A stretch of DNA of 64,000 bases, from the NCBI GenBank assembly GCA_026770705.1, contig JANJGN010000017.1, forward strand, positions 43,090,001-43,154,000, in the 5' to 3' direction. The notes below the pieces were generated by a model that was given only the letters and a program-made list of their open reading frames with translations, was not told where the DNA came from and searched no databases. Position 1 is the stretch's first letter. Every line of letters begins with the position of its first letter. Source of the stretch: Isurus oxyrinchus. Taxonomy: Eukaryota. Below are positions 24,472 through 37,325 of the stretch, one piece after another. Both the position numbers and the translations under genes were made by a program.

Positions 24472-26325
24472 TGAAATGAAGTTTTTAGGAACAGAAACAG
24501 ATCAGAGACATTCAGAATTAAAATTGCATGAACTGTTAAACATGGATCCTTTTTTGCATTATTTTTCTTCCTAGCAGGCTCGCTATGCTGATACATGTGT
24601 GTATGGTAGCCTCAAGTGGACAAAACATACAATACAATTTTCAATACACTTCATCCCTCCCCTTCTTAGTAAATGTGAGACATAGAATGTTTCAATGGTT
24701 TGTTTCCAAAGTGTAAACAATAAACTTAAACATTCTACTTATTACATATTGTAACTTTTCTATTAATTTAACAATGCACTTAGTCATATACAATTAGATG
24801 AAAGATCTGTTCACCAGGTGAAAATAATTCACTTTGTAACATTATCACTTAAGTATGGTGAACATTTTCTCTCGTGAGTAGAATATCATCTAAAATCAGG
24901 TGTAGTTTCTTTTTAGTTTTTTTTAATTCATGTTCTTCACCTGAAATGCCGATGCCAGAATAGGATTCAATGCTTATGAATTGTGTTTTCAGTGTTTTGA
25001 AGAATGATGCATTTCATGCAATGACTTGCAAACCATGCCTAGCAGTGATCATTGATCCTTTTGCGTTGGTCACAACAAATGGTCGGGTGTCAAATGTTTG
25101 CTTTTCAACATGACCATCACGTTTCACAAGTACTTTATCTGCTGGCTTCAACGGTGCAGCTCTAAATTTCTTCACTCTGCATTTACTTTCATTCAATCCT
25201 TCTTCTCGATCATGTTCATATTTGTGTTGATCATTAGCTTCAAAATAAACTCAGGAAGACGTGTGCATGGGATGTGCAAGAAGAGTGTAGTTGGAAGTTT
25301 TCCAGTAGTCGAGTGAGGAGTCTTTCTGTAAATGAGAAGAAAGTAATACAATTCATTTTTCCACAACTTGCCCTCAGCTATAGCTGTACATATCACTTTT
25401 TTCAAGGTATGCATAAATCTCTCAACTTCTCCATTAACTCTTGGCCAACAGGGTGTGATTTTTTTGATGAATGGAACCTAGGTAGTTCGCAAATTTACTG
25501 AACTCATCACTGTTGAATGGGGCTCATTGTCACTTCTCACCATTTGGGGAACTTCAAACAAGTGAAAATCTAGTCAAGCTGTGGGATGGCTGCTTTTGTT
25601 GAAATTGATGTAACTATTTCCACAATTGGGAACTTGATTCTGCTTTCATTGAACAAAAACTTGTCTTTGTTACATTCTTTAAGATGTTGTAGGCATATAC
25701 GAAGGCATGTTTCAGTACATAGATGAGAATGTCATCACTGATGTTCAGCATACCTTCAAGTCCTTGAAGTGCAGAATAAATCACATGCTCAAATACCCCT
25801 GCTGCTGAATTGATTCCAAAGTTGAGCCTCTTGTATTGAAAAGTTCTGGTGTGAGTGGAGAATGCTGTGAGGCACCTTGATTCTTTTTGCAAGCTTGATT
25901 AGATGGTAACTTGCATTGATGTCAAAGTTTAATGAAGTGTTTAGCACCATTCACTTTCTCTATGATATATTGTTGGCATCAACTGTCTTTCTCAAGGTAT
26001 GACTTGGTTTGGTGACCGCATATCAAGGCAGATTCTAATCTGGTTCTCACTCTTCGGCTTCTTGATGACTTGTATTGGGTGAAACCTCCAAACGTTTCAT
26101 ACCTGAAAGCCATGTTTATTTCTCACCATCCTGTCGCCATTGTGAAGTTCTTAAGAAAGAAACAATTAGATATTCAGCCAGAGACATTCAGAATTAGAAG
26201 TACATGAGCTGTTAAATATTGATTTTTAAAAATTATTTCTTCCTAGCAGACTCCCTATCCCGGTACATGTCTGTATGGTAGCCTCAAGTGGACAAAATGC
26301 ACAATGCCATTTTCAATATACTACA
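24472..26325 (-). mobile_element. Internally deleted Gypsy LTR retrotransposon with both ~185-bp LTRs (26141-26325 and ~24472-24653)
   Basis: Direct repeats, PBS TGGCGACAGGATGG next to the 5' LTR, PPT AAGAAGGGGAGGGA. RT fragment TAFSTH..FQYKRLNFGINSA..NISDDILIY and IN fragment YRKTPHSTTGK. Confidence 0.88.
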
Positions 26326-28410
26326 GTACAGATATATTATCATTACATGCCAATAACAGGAACACACCATGGAACACATTTTCCTGCTACAGTACCTTAG
26401 TGACACTCAGTGCAAGGAACATCAAAAGAGGATGATAAAAATCATAAGCTGGGCCAGTTTATTTTAAAGAATTCAAACAAATTTTAGCTGAGGGTGGCCA
26501 TAGCCATTCTCCAGCTGTTACCAAGCTGATTTATAGTTGGAGTCCAAGGAACCCACAAAACAACTTCAATTATCCTGACTCTTAGAAATTGACCATGTCA
26601 GAGTGTATCTTTGCAGTGGCTGAACTCGAGCCTCACTGGACTTCCATTAATGTAAAGGACAAGTTGTAAACCTTGTTTCAAAAGTTCAACGTTTTCTGTT
26701 GCTATGTAATGTTTAAAGAAACTTCTTGGCCACAAAAAGCCTGAATTAATTGTGATGCTAATCTCTGTAATGATATAGCAGCTGCCTTTGGAAGCTTTTG
26801 CATAGAGAAATGGGGTTTAAAATGCTGCTGCAGCTATCTAAAGAACTACCATAGCACCACCCAAATGTAGTAACCAGTGGCAGCGACCTACGATACTGGA
26901 TGATAGATCACCTCAGGACATGAATCTCTCAATACTCGCTCTCTCTGTGCTGGACAAGGTACTTGAATCAAAAGGAGTCATATCTGGAAAAGTGGTGGAT
27001 ACATCTTTCTGCCTCAAGCCTTGTTGAAGAGGCCATTTTCTAAATCCTGGGATTGATATGTAGACAAAATGGGGCAGGATGTTCAGATGCTTTGCAAAGC
27101 TAAAGGAAAATACCATGATGCCTGTTCCTGCCTCCCACCAGCTCTAGAAAGATTGCCAATGCAGATGATCTGGACCTTGCTACCATACCTTATAAAAACA
27201 CCCATGGTGCAGTGTCTGATGGCCAATGTCCCAGTTTCCATTGCAACACAAGCAGAAGCCACTCAACCTCTGAGTACTTCAGTGGAAGCTCAGACTGAAG
27301 TCATTGCAAGCTTAGGTTGGTGCCACACAATCTCAGACAGCTCTCATGCAAGCTCAGCCTGATGCCATCATAGTTGTGGATACCAGTTTTCAAAGGGACT
27401 TGCAAGGTGTCAGAGCAGTCCAGCAATCCATCCTCCAGCAAATTACTTGGATAGCTGAGCCCCAGGGAGTGACAAACCTGCTGTTCCCTCTCAGGATGAC
27501 AATATTCATCCTCGCAGCACTGCCACTTTACCAGTGCCATTGTTGTTATCTATCAGCCAGCCAGCCCAGACCGCTGCTGCCCATGCTGCACTGGTGCACT
27601 CTGAAGCTGGGACTTTTAGGACAAGGGCTGCTCAAGCTCATCCTGCGATCTTCAGTCTTCCCTACAGAAAATCAGTAACTTTCCACCAGCCAAGCTGCAC
27701 CCACCGAGGTAACATTGCATACCAGCACTCAAGACAGGGACTAAGGCAATACTACAGGGTGATCAATTGACATACATATGCACTATGTCATGGTTTGCTT
27801 GTCAATGACAGAAGGAAGGTAAGGTGTGAAACTGTTGGTAAATAGTGAATCAGAGTTGTATTTACTGGTATTGCAATCAGATGAATTGATCATGGACCGC
27901 CCAGCCAGCTGTGTCCTTCCTTCTCCTTTTGCTCCTCCTCAGCTAGTTGCTGTATAGTTAGTGGTAAGGGTTGTGTTCTCATGATGAGGAGATTGTGCAG
28001 CATATAGAAGACCATCACAAATACTGACACACATTCAGGATTCCTCCAGGGATATCAGACAGTGGAAGCATTATTTAAGAACACCAGTCTGCTCAATCAT
28101 ATTTCATATGGCATCATAGCTTTCATGATATGCATGTTGCTCTCATGTATGTGGGTTGCACACCAGAATCTGGAGCTATGTGGTCAGCAGATATCCCTGT
28201 TAACCAGTCACTACAACCAGTGTTGAAGTGGCTCAAATCCAGATGGCACAATGGACTGCAACAGACTAAAGTCATCATGACTGCTGCCAGGATCCGGGCA
28301 TTGACCTGCATGATACACTTTATATGGTTGCATAAAAGCTGGGGGTTCAGGGAGTGGAATCCCTTCAGTCGTAGTATATCTCAGAGTTGACATGATGCAT
28401 CTGCAGTGTG

Positions 28411-29947
28411 TGTCAGGAAGATATAATAATGTTACTGGAATTTATTGTAACATAGTGGTATCTGTGACTATGTATGTCTGTGTGTGCATGAGAGAGAGAC
28501 TTAATTGGGTTAAAGGCAGCTGGTCCGCAGGCTTTGATGTATTAGAAGATAAGCTAGTTTGAAATGTTATGTAGGTAAACATGGGAGATGTTTAGAACAT
28601 AAGGTGTAAAAGGACAATTGCATTTTTAAATAAACTAGACTAGCTTGAATTCAAAAGAGGGAAATATTACATCTAACCAGTAGAAGTTAAGAAACAGTGG
28701 GCAGAATCTTGCCCTTGGATGGTGGGCGGGCCCCACCGGCTTGGTGGCAGGCAGGCAGCCGACCCCCGCCACTGAAACTGGGCCCGCTGCCATTTTAAGT
28801 GGTATCCACTTCCTGTGCAGGGGGGGAGGGATTCCCCAACTGTCAAAGTGCGCTGTTTCGCGCATGCGCATGAAAGAGCACACTCCTCCCTGAGGCAAAG
28901 TCCTGTTTCAGGAGAATACTGACAGTGTCAAAAACATTAAAAATAGAAACATTGAAAAATTATTAACATGTCCCCGTCATGTGACAATGTCACACGAGAT
29001 GGGACATGTTAACAAAGACCACACAAACTTTATTTTTTTACAATATGGGCATGAAACTTCATCCCGCCAGTGGATGAAGTTTCATCAATAATCTGGAGCC
29101 CGCTGGGGCTCCTGGCCTGCCTGCCAGCCTTAAGGTTGGACGGGCAGGTCTTTACTTTAAATAGTCTGTCAATGGCCTAAATTGGCCATTGACAGGTCAG
29201 CGGGTGGACAGCTGATTTCACTGTCCGCCCACCTTCCTACAAATTTAAATGTACCTGGATGACGGCAGGGATTCCTCCCAATGTCATCCTGCATCATTTT
29301 CCCCTCAGCGACCAGGCCCCGCCCCCAAATCACCGAGGGAAAAATCCTGGCCAGTGTGTTTATTTTTTCTCAAAGTTTACTGGTAAAATTGGTACTTTGG
29401 TATATTTTATGATCAGGGAGGTAAAGTTCAAAGACATAGTGCAACAATGAGAATTTACATTCAAAGGGGAAATCATGTATAAAGGAGAGAAGGCTGTGTG
29501 TAAAGGCAGGCATTTTGAGATCTAACAAGTGTGAAAAACGTTCAGCATCTATGCCTCAAGATGCACTCTACAATGAACTGGAGTTAAGAAAACTCATTTT
29601 GAATTTTATTGTTCAGAGTGTCATGTTTCTTTGCCTGGATCTTTTAAAACTAATGTGTCTTATTGTTATCTTAACAGAGGTGTAAAAGGAAGTCAGATTA
29701 ATTAGAGGATTTAGAAGTTATTATCGGAATAATTTGTAGACATATGTATGTGCTTAAAATTATTTCTCTTATTAATAACTGTTTAATCTAGTTTTGTAAA
29801 AAGTAATAAGGCTCTATAGTCTTATTATTACTGAATTCAAAGCCCACATCTCGAAACATACAAATTGCAAAAATAGTTGTGGTAGTTGTCTGAAGTTTCC
29901 CTCTGGATTGGAACAACTCAGCATTTACCATTAGCTGTGCCATAACA
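28411..29947 (+). mobile_element. Solo LTR (~880 bp without its MITE) of the Gypsy family at 59570-64000
   Basis: TG...CA ends (TGTCAGG...CATAACA), flanks GTGTG/GAGTG, colinear with 59570-62833. Confidence 0.88.
28699..29352. mobile_element. Harbinger MITE (subfamily B) inside the solo LTR
   Basis: TIRs GGGCAGAATCTT / AAAATCCTGGCC; perfect AGT TSD. Confidence 0.92.
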
Positions 29948-30903
29948 GAGTGGCATGCATGCAGTCAATTGGCAACCTGCGCTAGAGGGAAGCCTGCAAT
30001 CCTCACAAAGCCATGTGCTCATATTACCTGCTTCTCTGGCAAGTGAAATGTCAATGTATTCAGCTCTCTTAGACTACAGAGCTTGAGTGGCCCCTCAAAC
30101 TGGGAGATGTTGCAAATATCCTCTATATCAACCTGGAAGAAAGCAGACATATGAAAGTTCATTGCTATCAGTACCTTTATTGCCACTGGCAATGCCATCC
30201 TAGCCTGTTCTGAGGCTGTAGTTTTGGCTGTAGCATGTGGCAGATTTCAGTGAGGACCTCCTTAGTGAAGTGGAGATCTCTGGCACAATGTTCCTCACTA
30301 AGGTTCAGGTAGTAGGATTATTCCATGAGCATCTTGGGAGGGATATGGCTTTCTGCTGAGGGCCCTTCTCTACTTTGTCCTCTTCCCTCTTCCAGCAGCT
30401 TTTCCTGCTCTGTGTCACTTCTGCTTATTCCCCCTGTCATGCTGTTGAGGAACACAAACCACTGCGTATGCATCTGGGAGCAACTGGTTTGTGCAGAATT
30501 CTTGAAGCCAGGTCAAAGTCCTTTAGCATGTGCCACACTACTCCTTGTAGACTTCAGCAACTTTAAAGCACTCTGGAAGTCACCAATACTTCTACAATCA
30601 CAACAAGAGCCAATAGAAATTAACCATCAACTCATCTGAAGATAGCCGATGATGCGTTTAAATAATCCTAAAGCATTTCAGCTGTGCAACGTTAAGAGAG
30701 AGAGTTAGTTGTAGCATTGAGCTCCAAAGTGACACGTATGTATGCACCTGGAGGCACATGCCAAGAAGCTTTAGAGCCGAATTTTGCAACTTACAACTAC
30801 CAACAACTCTAAATTTTCTTTGTTATGTGCAGCCTGTTTCAATGCATGTAGATTTATTTTTTGTGTGCCATCATGCACACATGGTATCTTTGGGACAGAC
30901 AAA

Positions 30904-31272
30904 GGGGAGGTGGTGGCATATGTATTGTCACAGACTAGTATTCCAGAGACCCAGGGTAATGCTCTGGGGACCTGGGTTCAAATCCCACCATGACAGGTGG
31001 TGAAATTTGAATTTTATGAAAATCTGGAATGAAAAGTCTGATAATGACCATGAAACCATTGCCGATTGTCGTAAAAATGCACCTGGTTCACTAATATCCT
31101 TTAGGGAAGGAAATCTGTTGTCCTTACCTGGTCTGGCCTACACGTGACTCCAGACCTACAGCAATGTGGTTGAATCTTAAATGCCCTCTGAACAAGGGCA
31201 ATTAGGGATGGGCAATAAATGCTGGCCTAGCCAGCGATGCTCACATCCTATGAACGAATAAAGAACGAATAA
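30904..31272 (+). mobile_element. Full-length HE1-type SINE
   Basis: tRNA-like head with B box GGGTTCAAATCCC, conserved core and HER1 tail. Confidence 0.9.
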
Positions 31273-32159
31273 AGGCTGTGAGCAGCCTTTGTGATACCTT
31301 CATGGTTGCTGCATCACCACTTCCATGTGCAACTGAGAGGGGACCCTGCTTACCACTTCAAATAAAAATACGTGTCCATAAAAATGATTATGAATTGAAG
31401 GCCTCGTTTAATGCGATACCAAAAAATTAAGACAAATCTTCAATAAGTAAGTATAATTATATTGAAAGAAGCTTATTCACTCACTTCTTTTATTTTGCAG
31501 TTGATTCTGCTCTACATTTATCAACTTCCTTCTGGTCTTAAGCTCTTCGTACACATAACCTCCATTCATCTCTCAGTGCAAAAGTTGAATCACTATGTAT
31601 CATTCTCCATGTTTTTTGATAGAATCATGAAAGCCTTGTTTCATTCAATTTTTTGAAGGCACAGCTTCTTCATGTCTCTCATAAGTCCAAACAACACTTA
31701 ATATCTTTTTTTACCATCTGACATTGTTGGTCTTACTATCTGCTGTCATCTCAAGTGGAACTTTTACATCTGCTACATCATTTTAATTTCCTGAATAATT
31801 CTTGATTCTATAAAGCACATTCTGGCCAAAACTGTTCACAGACACGAGGAAGCTTTTCAAGTACTGCTTTCACTCCTGGGTAGTGTGGATTGGGCGGAAT
31901 CATCCCAGATTTGCATTAATTGCAGTGGGGCGTGGAAAATTACGTTTTACCCATTGGTTGCAATGGTGGCTTTTCACGCCATATTATCCCCTTCCCATCG
32001 TGTCCCACCTCATAAATTATTCCCGGGAAACAAGCCGGCAGGGCAGCCTCTAATTTGATCATCCCGCTGTCACCTCAGGCCTTCAGCAAACCAAACACAT
32101 TAAAGGCCTCCCCTGCAAAGAGTTAGTCTCTTCAAGGGATAGGAAGCTGTTGGGAACTG

Positions 32160-33855
32160 ATGGCTGCCAAAGGGAGGAAATATGCTGCCCCCAAATTTAG
32201 TGATGCCTCCCTTGAGCGTCAACTAGATGCAGTGGCGGCCCGCCACAAAGTCCTCTACCCCCACTCTGGGCGAAGGCCAGCAAGCAAGGTCACCAATCCA
32301 GCAAGTGAGGCAGTGGCAACAGTGGTCAGTGCCAAAGTCCTGCAAAACGGAACAGCCACCCAGTGCTGCTGAAAGGGGATGAATGATCTCTCCTCTGTTC
32401 TGCCAGGGTAAGGTATTCTTCTCATCACTCTCAACTCACACACTCACAAGCCCATCACACATCGACAGGGATCTCACTCACTGCCAGTTCAAGGGACATC
32501 ACCATTCATTGTCTCACATATACCTTCATCTGCCCTGTGGATTGTATCCTTATCCCCCGTCTATGGCACTAATCACCACCCACACAGCCCAAGCATCTTT
32601 ATCATCTGGCTTGGCAGGCATCCTGCTTACAATCTCCCCATCTGTATTCATAAAGGACAAGCTGGCACATAACAAAAGAGAGAGGTCGCAGACTGGTGGA
32701 GGAATGCCTGACATGAAGGTCCTCACAAACTTTGAAAATAGAGCCATCCAGCTGGCTGGCGATGATCTGCACCATTCCTGTGCTGACGGTGAGGTCAGCA
32801 GTGCTCAACCAAGTGAGGATCCAACAGTGCAACATCCATCAGACAACCATGCTGTGAGTCAGTTTCCCTGTTCTGCCATCCTGTGCCATGTACTAATTAT
32901 CTCTCCTTACTTTCGCAGGCACATCTGGAAAACAGCTGAGGGGTCCATGACCCAGGTGCTCGACTCAAGCCCCAAAGACACCTCAGAAGAAGAATCTGAT
33001 GAAAACATCACTGAAGACCCATCATAGCGCTCACCCACACCCTCCAACAAAGCAGAGACAAACAACTCGGTGGGACCTAGTTCTCCAGTAGCCTCGGGGT
33101 CACAGTCTGGTGAGCATATCACACTGAATGATTTACAGCAGGCGGCGGCAGGGACGTCTCAGGTTTCCAGTACTGGAGGACTGCTAGAGGCCAGAAATCT
33201 GCTGAGTCTGTGTCAGATGAGGAACCTCTGGACTCAGTCATACCTCAGTTGCTGGAATTGTAAAAGCAAGCTCAGGACAACAGGAAAGGATGTCTGGTGC
33301 ACTCCTAAGACTGCAGGACACACTGGAGGAGTCCATCCACCTTCAGCCTGATGTGATAACACCGGCATGCCAACGCACTGAAGTCAACACTGGTAGGATG
33401 ATGACGCCATTGGAGACCTTAGTCCAGGACACCAGTCCTGCACTGCTGCATGGGCTGATGCCATAGCTTGCCTCCGACAGCTTCAGTGCGAGAGGGGTGC
33501 AGGGTGCAGGGCAGATCGATTTCAGTCCAAGGAGTCAGCTAGGGGTCCTTGGGGAACCTTAGAGAGGAGGATGAGCAGGTGCGGGTGCAAGTGACTCCAG
33601 GAGTGTCTGGCCCATCTGAATCCCCTCTTCCTGTGACTTCAGCAGCTCCAGCCCCAAAGGCCAAGGAGGGTGCCACTGCCACACAGAGGCACCCTGAAAG
33701 CAGGCTGGGGCACCTAGGACTTGGCCCTCCAGAGGACACCCGTCAAGGTCATCACAGACAGGGTGTAGCAGTCAGCAGGCTGCCTCCACTTCCACCTTGG
33801 ATGTTGGGGAGTACCAAGATGTAGCAGCAGGGTTAGGAAGGTTAAGAAAATGTAG
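32160..33855 (+). pseudogene. Harbinger Myb/SANT-like protein, 3 exons (32160-32407, 32656-32812, 32919-33855)
   Basis: MAAKGRKYAAPKFSDASLERQLDAV..VLYP..TATQC and DKLAHNKRERSQTGGG. Splice sites AGG/gtaagg, taaag/GAC, CAA/gtgagg and tactaat..ttcgcag/GC. Confidence 0.85.
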
Positions 33856-34555
33856 TTTCATTGCATGGGCACTGACGTTAATCACTTATACATAATGTTG
33901 ACTACTGTAAATAAACTCCCAACAACGTCGCCCTTTCTATGGCTCCTTGCTAAGATGAGCAGTGTTCGTGTCAGTCTAAAGTGAAATCTTGATTCCTGCG
34001 CAAGATAAAGGCATGTGTCTCAGTCCAGGGCCTGTTCCTTGTGCTTTGTGCAACCTTCCCAGCACAGTGATGGACTGCCTTCACTGTCACTGAACACATC
34101 AGTCATGCCTGCACCTCGATGGGGCTTATCGTTGCTGCCTGAATGTCCTGGGCCGGCAGCACAGAATTCTGTCATTCTCTCTCTGTGCTCTCAGCACCTA
34201 TGAGGTGTGGCTGGGCCCCCCATCCCATCAGCATCTGTGTCCAGCAACAGTGTGGTCCTGAAGCTCACAAAGGATGCCATAGGATCAGGAGAAGTTAAAG
34301 TTCCCCAATTGCATCTCCATGATATGACCCTGTTCAAGGAGCGCAAGTGATCAGCTATCAGCCAGACAGGAATCAGATATTCACATAACTATATGATGAT
34401 CTATGGAGTATCCCCACTGTATGTCATCATCATCCTCGTGGAATATAGGGACTATGGGCATCTGTTGTGTCTCCATAACAGGAGCCTTATCACAGGATAT
34501 GTGCGCTGCCATCAGCCAGACAGGATGCAATGTGAGGATCTATGGTGTCCGCTCA

Positions 34556-35774
34556 CTACATGTTGTCATCATCTTCCATGAATCTAGCAGCTATCAGGGC
34601 CTCCCAAGCGCCCCTGCCTCGTCTGAACAATGCAATGGCCTCATTGCTGTCATCCTCGCCTTCAAGGACCTCTTCACCTTCACCCCATCGATGTCCTCCT
34701 AATCGGAGGAGATATGCAGCTCCTCCTCTTGTTGCAGCACCAAGTTGTAAAGGGTGCAGCAGACAATGACGATGCGTGACACCTTCTGTGGACTGTATTG
34801 CAGGGCTCCACCAGGCCAATCCAAGCACTAGAGCCTTATCTTCAATATCCCAATGGTTTGCTCCACCAAAGTGCAAGTTGCTGTATGAGCCTCATTATAC
34901 CTTTGCTCTGCATTCTGAGGCCGCCGCACAGGCATCATCAGCCACGCCCCCTCTGGGTAGTCCTTGTTCCTGAGAAGCCAACCCTGCAGCCTCTGTGGAC
35001 CCTGGAAAACATCTGGGATCTGAGACCTACTGAGAATGTAGGAATCGTGGTCACTCCCAGGAGCTCGTGCACAGACCTGCAGGTTGCGTTTGCTGTGGTC
35101 TCACACAAGCTGAACATTCAGCGGGCAGTAGCTCTTGCAGTTGATGTAGTTGACTGTTTGCTGCCATGGAGATCTGAGCGCCACATGAGCTCAGTCGATG
35201 GTACCTGGCACCTGTGGAAAACCATAGATCTACACAAATTCCAGCACTTTCGTGCTTCCTGGCTTTCCTGATCATGGGTGAAATGCACAAAGTTTGGTGC
35301 CTTTGCGAATATGGTGTCCATGACATCTGGGTTGCACTTGTGTGTGGAGGCTTCCGAGATCCTGCAATGGTCACCTGTGGAGCCCCGGAAGGAGAAACTG
35401 GCATAAAAATTGATTGCTGAAAGCGATTACTTTCACGGCCACTTGAGGTGTCCATGTCCCCGTGGTGTCAAATCCTGCAGCATGTAGCAGATGTGACCGA
35501 CCAGTTCCCTGGACATGCACAATCTTTGGTGACATTGGTTCTCGGCCATCTGCAGGAATGACAAGCGCTGTCTGTAGACTCTGGGTCCAGCCAGGCACCA
35601 ACCCGTGACAGCTCGCTGTGACTCTTCAGCAGTGTGTGCAGGAGCCCCAGCCGCCCCTCCTACTTGAGGGTACTGCTCCTTCCTCTGCTTAGCCAGGCGC
35701 CTCCATTGTTCTCTTCTCCTTCGTCTTCCCTCTCTGTAAATTATGAGGCATAAAGCTAGGTCACCAGGCTCTAT
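34556..35774 (-). pseudogene. Harbinger DDE transposase, frameshifted
   Basis: RVYRQRLSFLQMAENQCHQRLCMSRE, QVAVKV, DTIFAKAPNFVHF and LIAARFMEDDD; homologous to 1546-2770. Confidence 0.88.
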
Positions 35775-37325
35775 GCCCCTGATGTACTCCTCCTGCAGGA
35801 TGAAAGAAAGAGACACATGAGTTAACGTGGGTGTACTAAGAATGTCTCTTGATTAAGTCTGAAGGCCCCTAAACACATGCCAGAAAGTGTTGGCCACTAC
35901 CTGGTTGCTCAGAGTTTACTGCGCTGTGTGGCTGCCCAAAACCCCATCCATATCTGCCCCACTCCACCTGACCGATTGGCAGCAGCTTTGTCCACTGGAC
36001 TTCATGCTGTGCTCTTGGCTCAGGCATTCTCCTAATCCATACTGCAAGGTTGCACTGTTAGCTTGAAACGTAGGGGAGACTGGTCCAAACCGTAATGAAG
36101 ACATTGCAAGGGGCTGTGGGCACCATCGCCAGAGACTACTCCATGGCCAGCTTTAGCAAGGAGATTGTACAACTTGCCCAGTCGTTGAATTGTTCTGCCG
36201 CCCCCTAAACAGTCATTAATTTGCAGTCTGCGCCCAAGGGGTGAAATGTTCAGGAGCATTTGGTGGCACTTTCATGCCTCTGCGTTGCTTGAGTGGACAG
36301 ATAAGCTGGAGGTCCAACTCCAAGGATGTAGCTGCACTTGAACTGTCTCAGCTGCGGGAGAATGCTCACTTAATACACAGTTTCCCTATTACGTGTCCAT
36401 TTCCCTCCACCGCCCCCATCCATGTGCTTGTGTTGTACCATCAGATCGTGCTGCCTCACCCCTCACCCTAACCGCAATGCAGCCCTTGCCCCGGCATTAG
36501 ACTGTCTGCCAGCCAGGAAAAAGCGACTTGCCTGTGCTCTCACCTGAATACACGGTGCCTCTGCCTTGAAGGTGAGCAGGCGACCCTCGCAAGCGCTGCG
36601 CAATTTTAATGTGCACTCACATCTGAGTTACCCACGAAGTTCAGCTCGCCAGGTGCAGGTCTTTTAAATGCTGTTGTGAAACACATCAGCGTGTGCCCGG
36701 ATGATCCAGTGTGTGGGGAGGTTTCCAGCTAGCAGGCAAGATGATTAAAGGCAAATGCATTGAAACGAGGTTCCTGACGTTGGACAGTGGGAAAGGCGGC
36801 CCACCATTGACAATTTTTAGCCACCTCACCATATTGTCTGCTCAAGCCCACCATGACGCCCGGCGCCAATGGAGTCAGAAAATTCCAGCCATTGGAACAG
36901 AAGTGAGGGATAATTTCTTCCCTCAGATGGTCATTAGTCTTTAGAATTCTCTTCCACAGAGAGGAGTGGAGACTGGGTCATTGTATATATTCAAGGCTGA
37001 GTGAGACAGTTTTTTGATCTACAAGGGAATCAGTCAAAGGTTGCTGGGGAGCAGAGATGAATGTTGGGCGGAGTTTTCCATTTATGAGACATTGTGCGGG
37101 GGCGAGCAATTTCGACAGCGCACACCCTGCTGGCCAGAATGGTGATAACTCACGCCTGATTCCGCGCTTGGAGGGTCATTAATTTTGCACAGGTGAGGAT
37201 CAGGCTGAATCACCTGGCGGATCGGGAGCTGATTCGTCCGCCTGCAGTCAGCTGGCAGGGTCGAAGGTATAGGCGCCATATTTAAAGGCTAGTTCACCAC
37301 ATAATCTCTCCAACCACATGCAGAG

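Larger units (their letters stand above)
26800..30780. mobile_element. Old degenerate Harbinger copy 5 (Myb-like + strand ~26850-27750; transposase - strand ~27860-30450), split by a solo LTR
   Basis: Minus-strand fragments KGFHSLN, MQVNAR, PGSSHD and IDCMH across the LTR insertion point. Ends are approximate. Confidence 0.7.
31892..36890. mobile_element. Full-length (4999 bp) decayed PIF/Harbinger copy 3
   Basis: TIRs GGGCGGAATCAT / AAAATTCCAGCC; perfect ATT TSD; convergent Myb (+) and transposase (-) genes. Confidence 0.92.
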
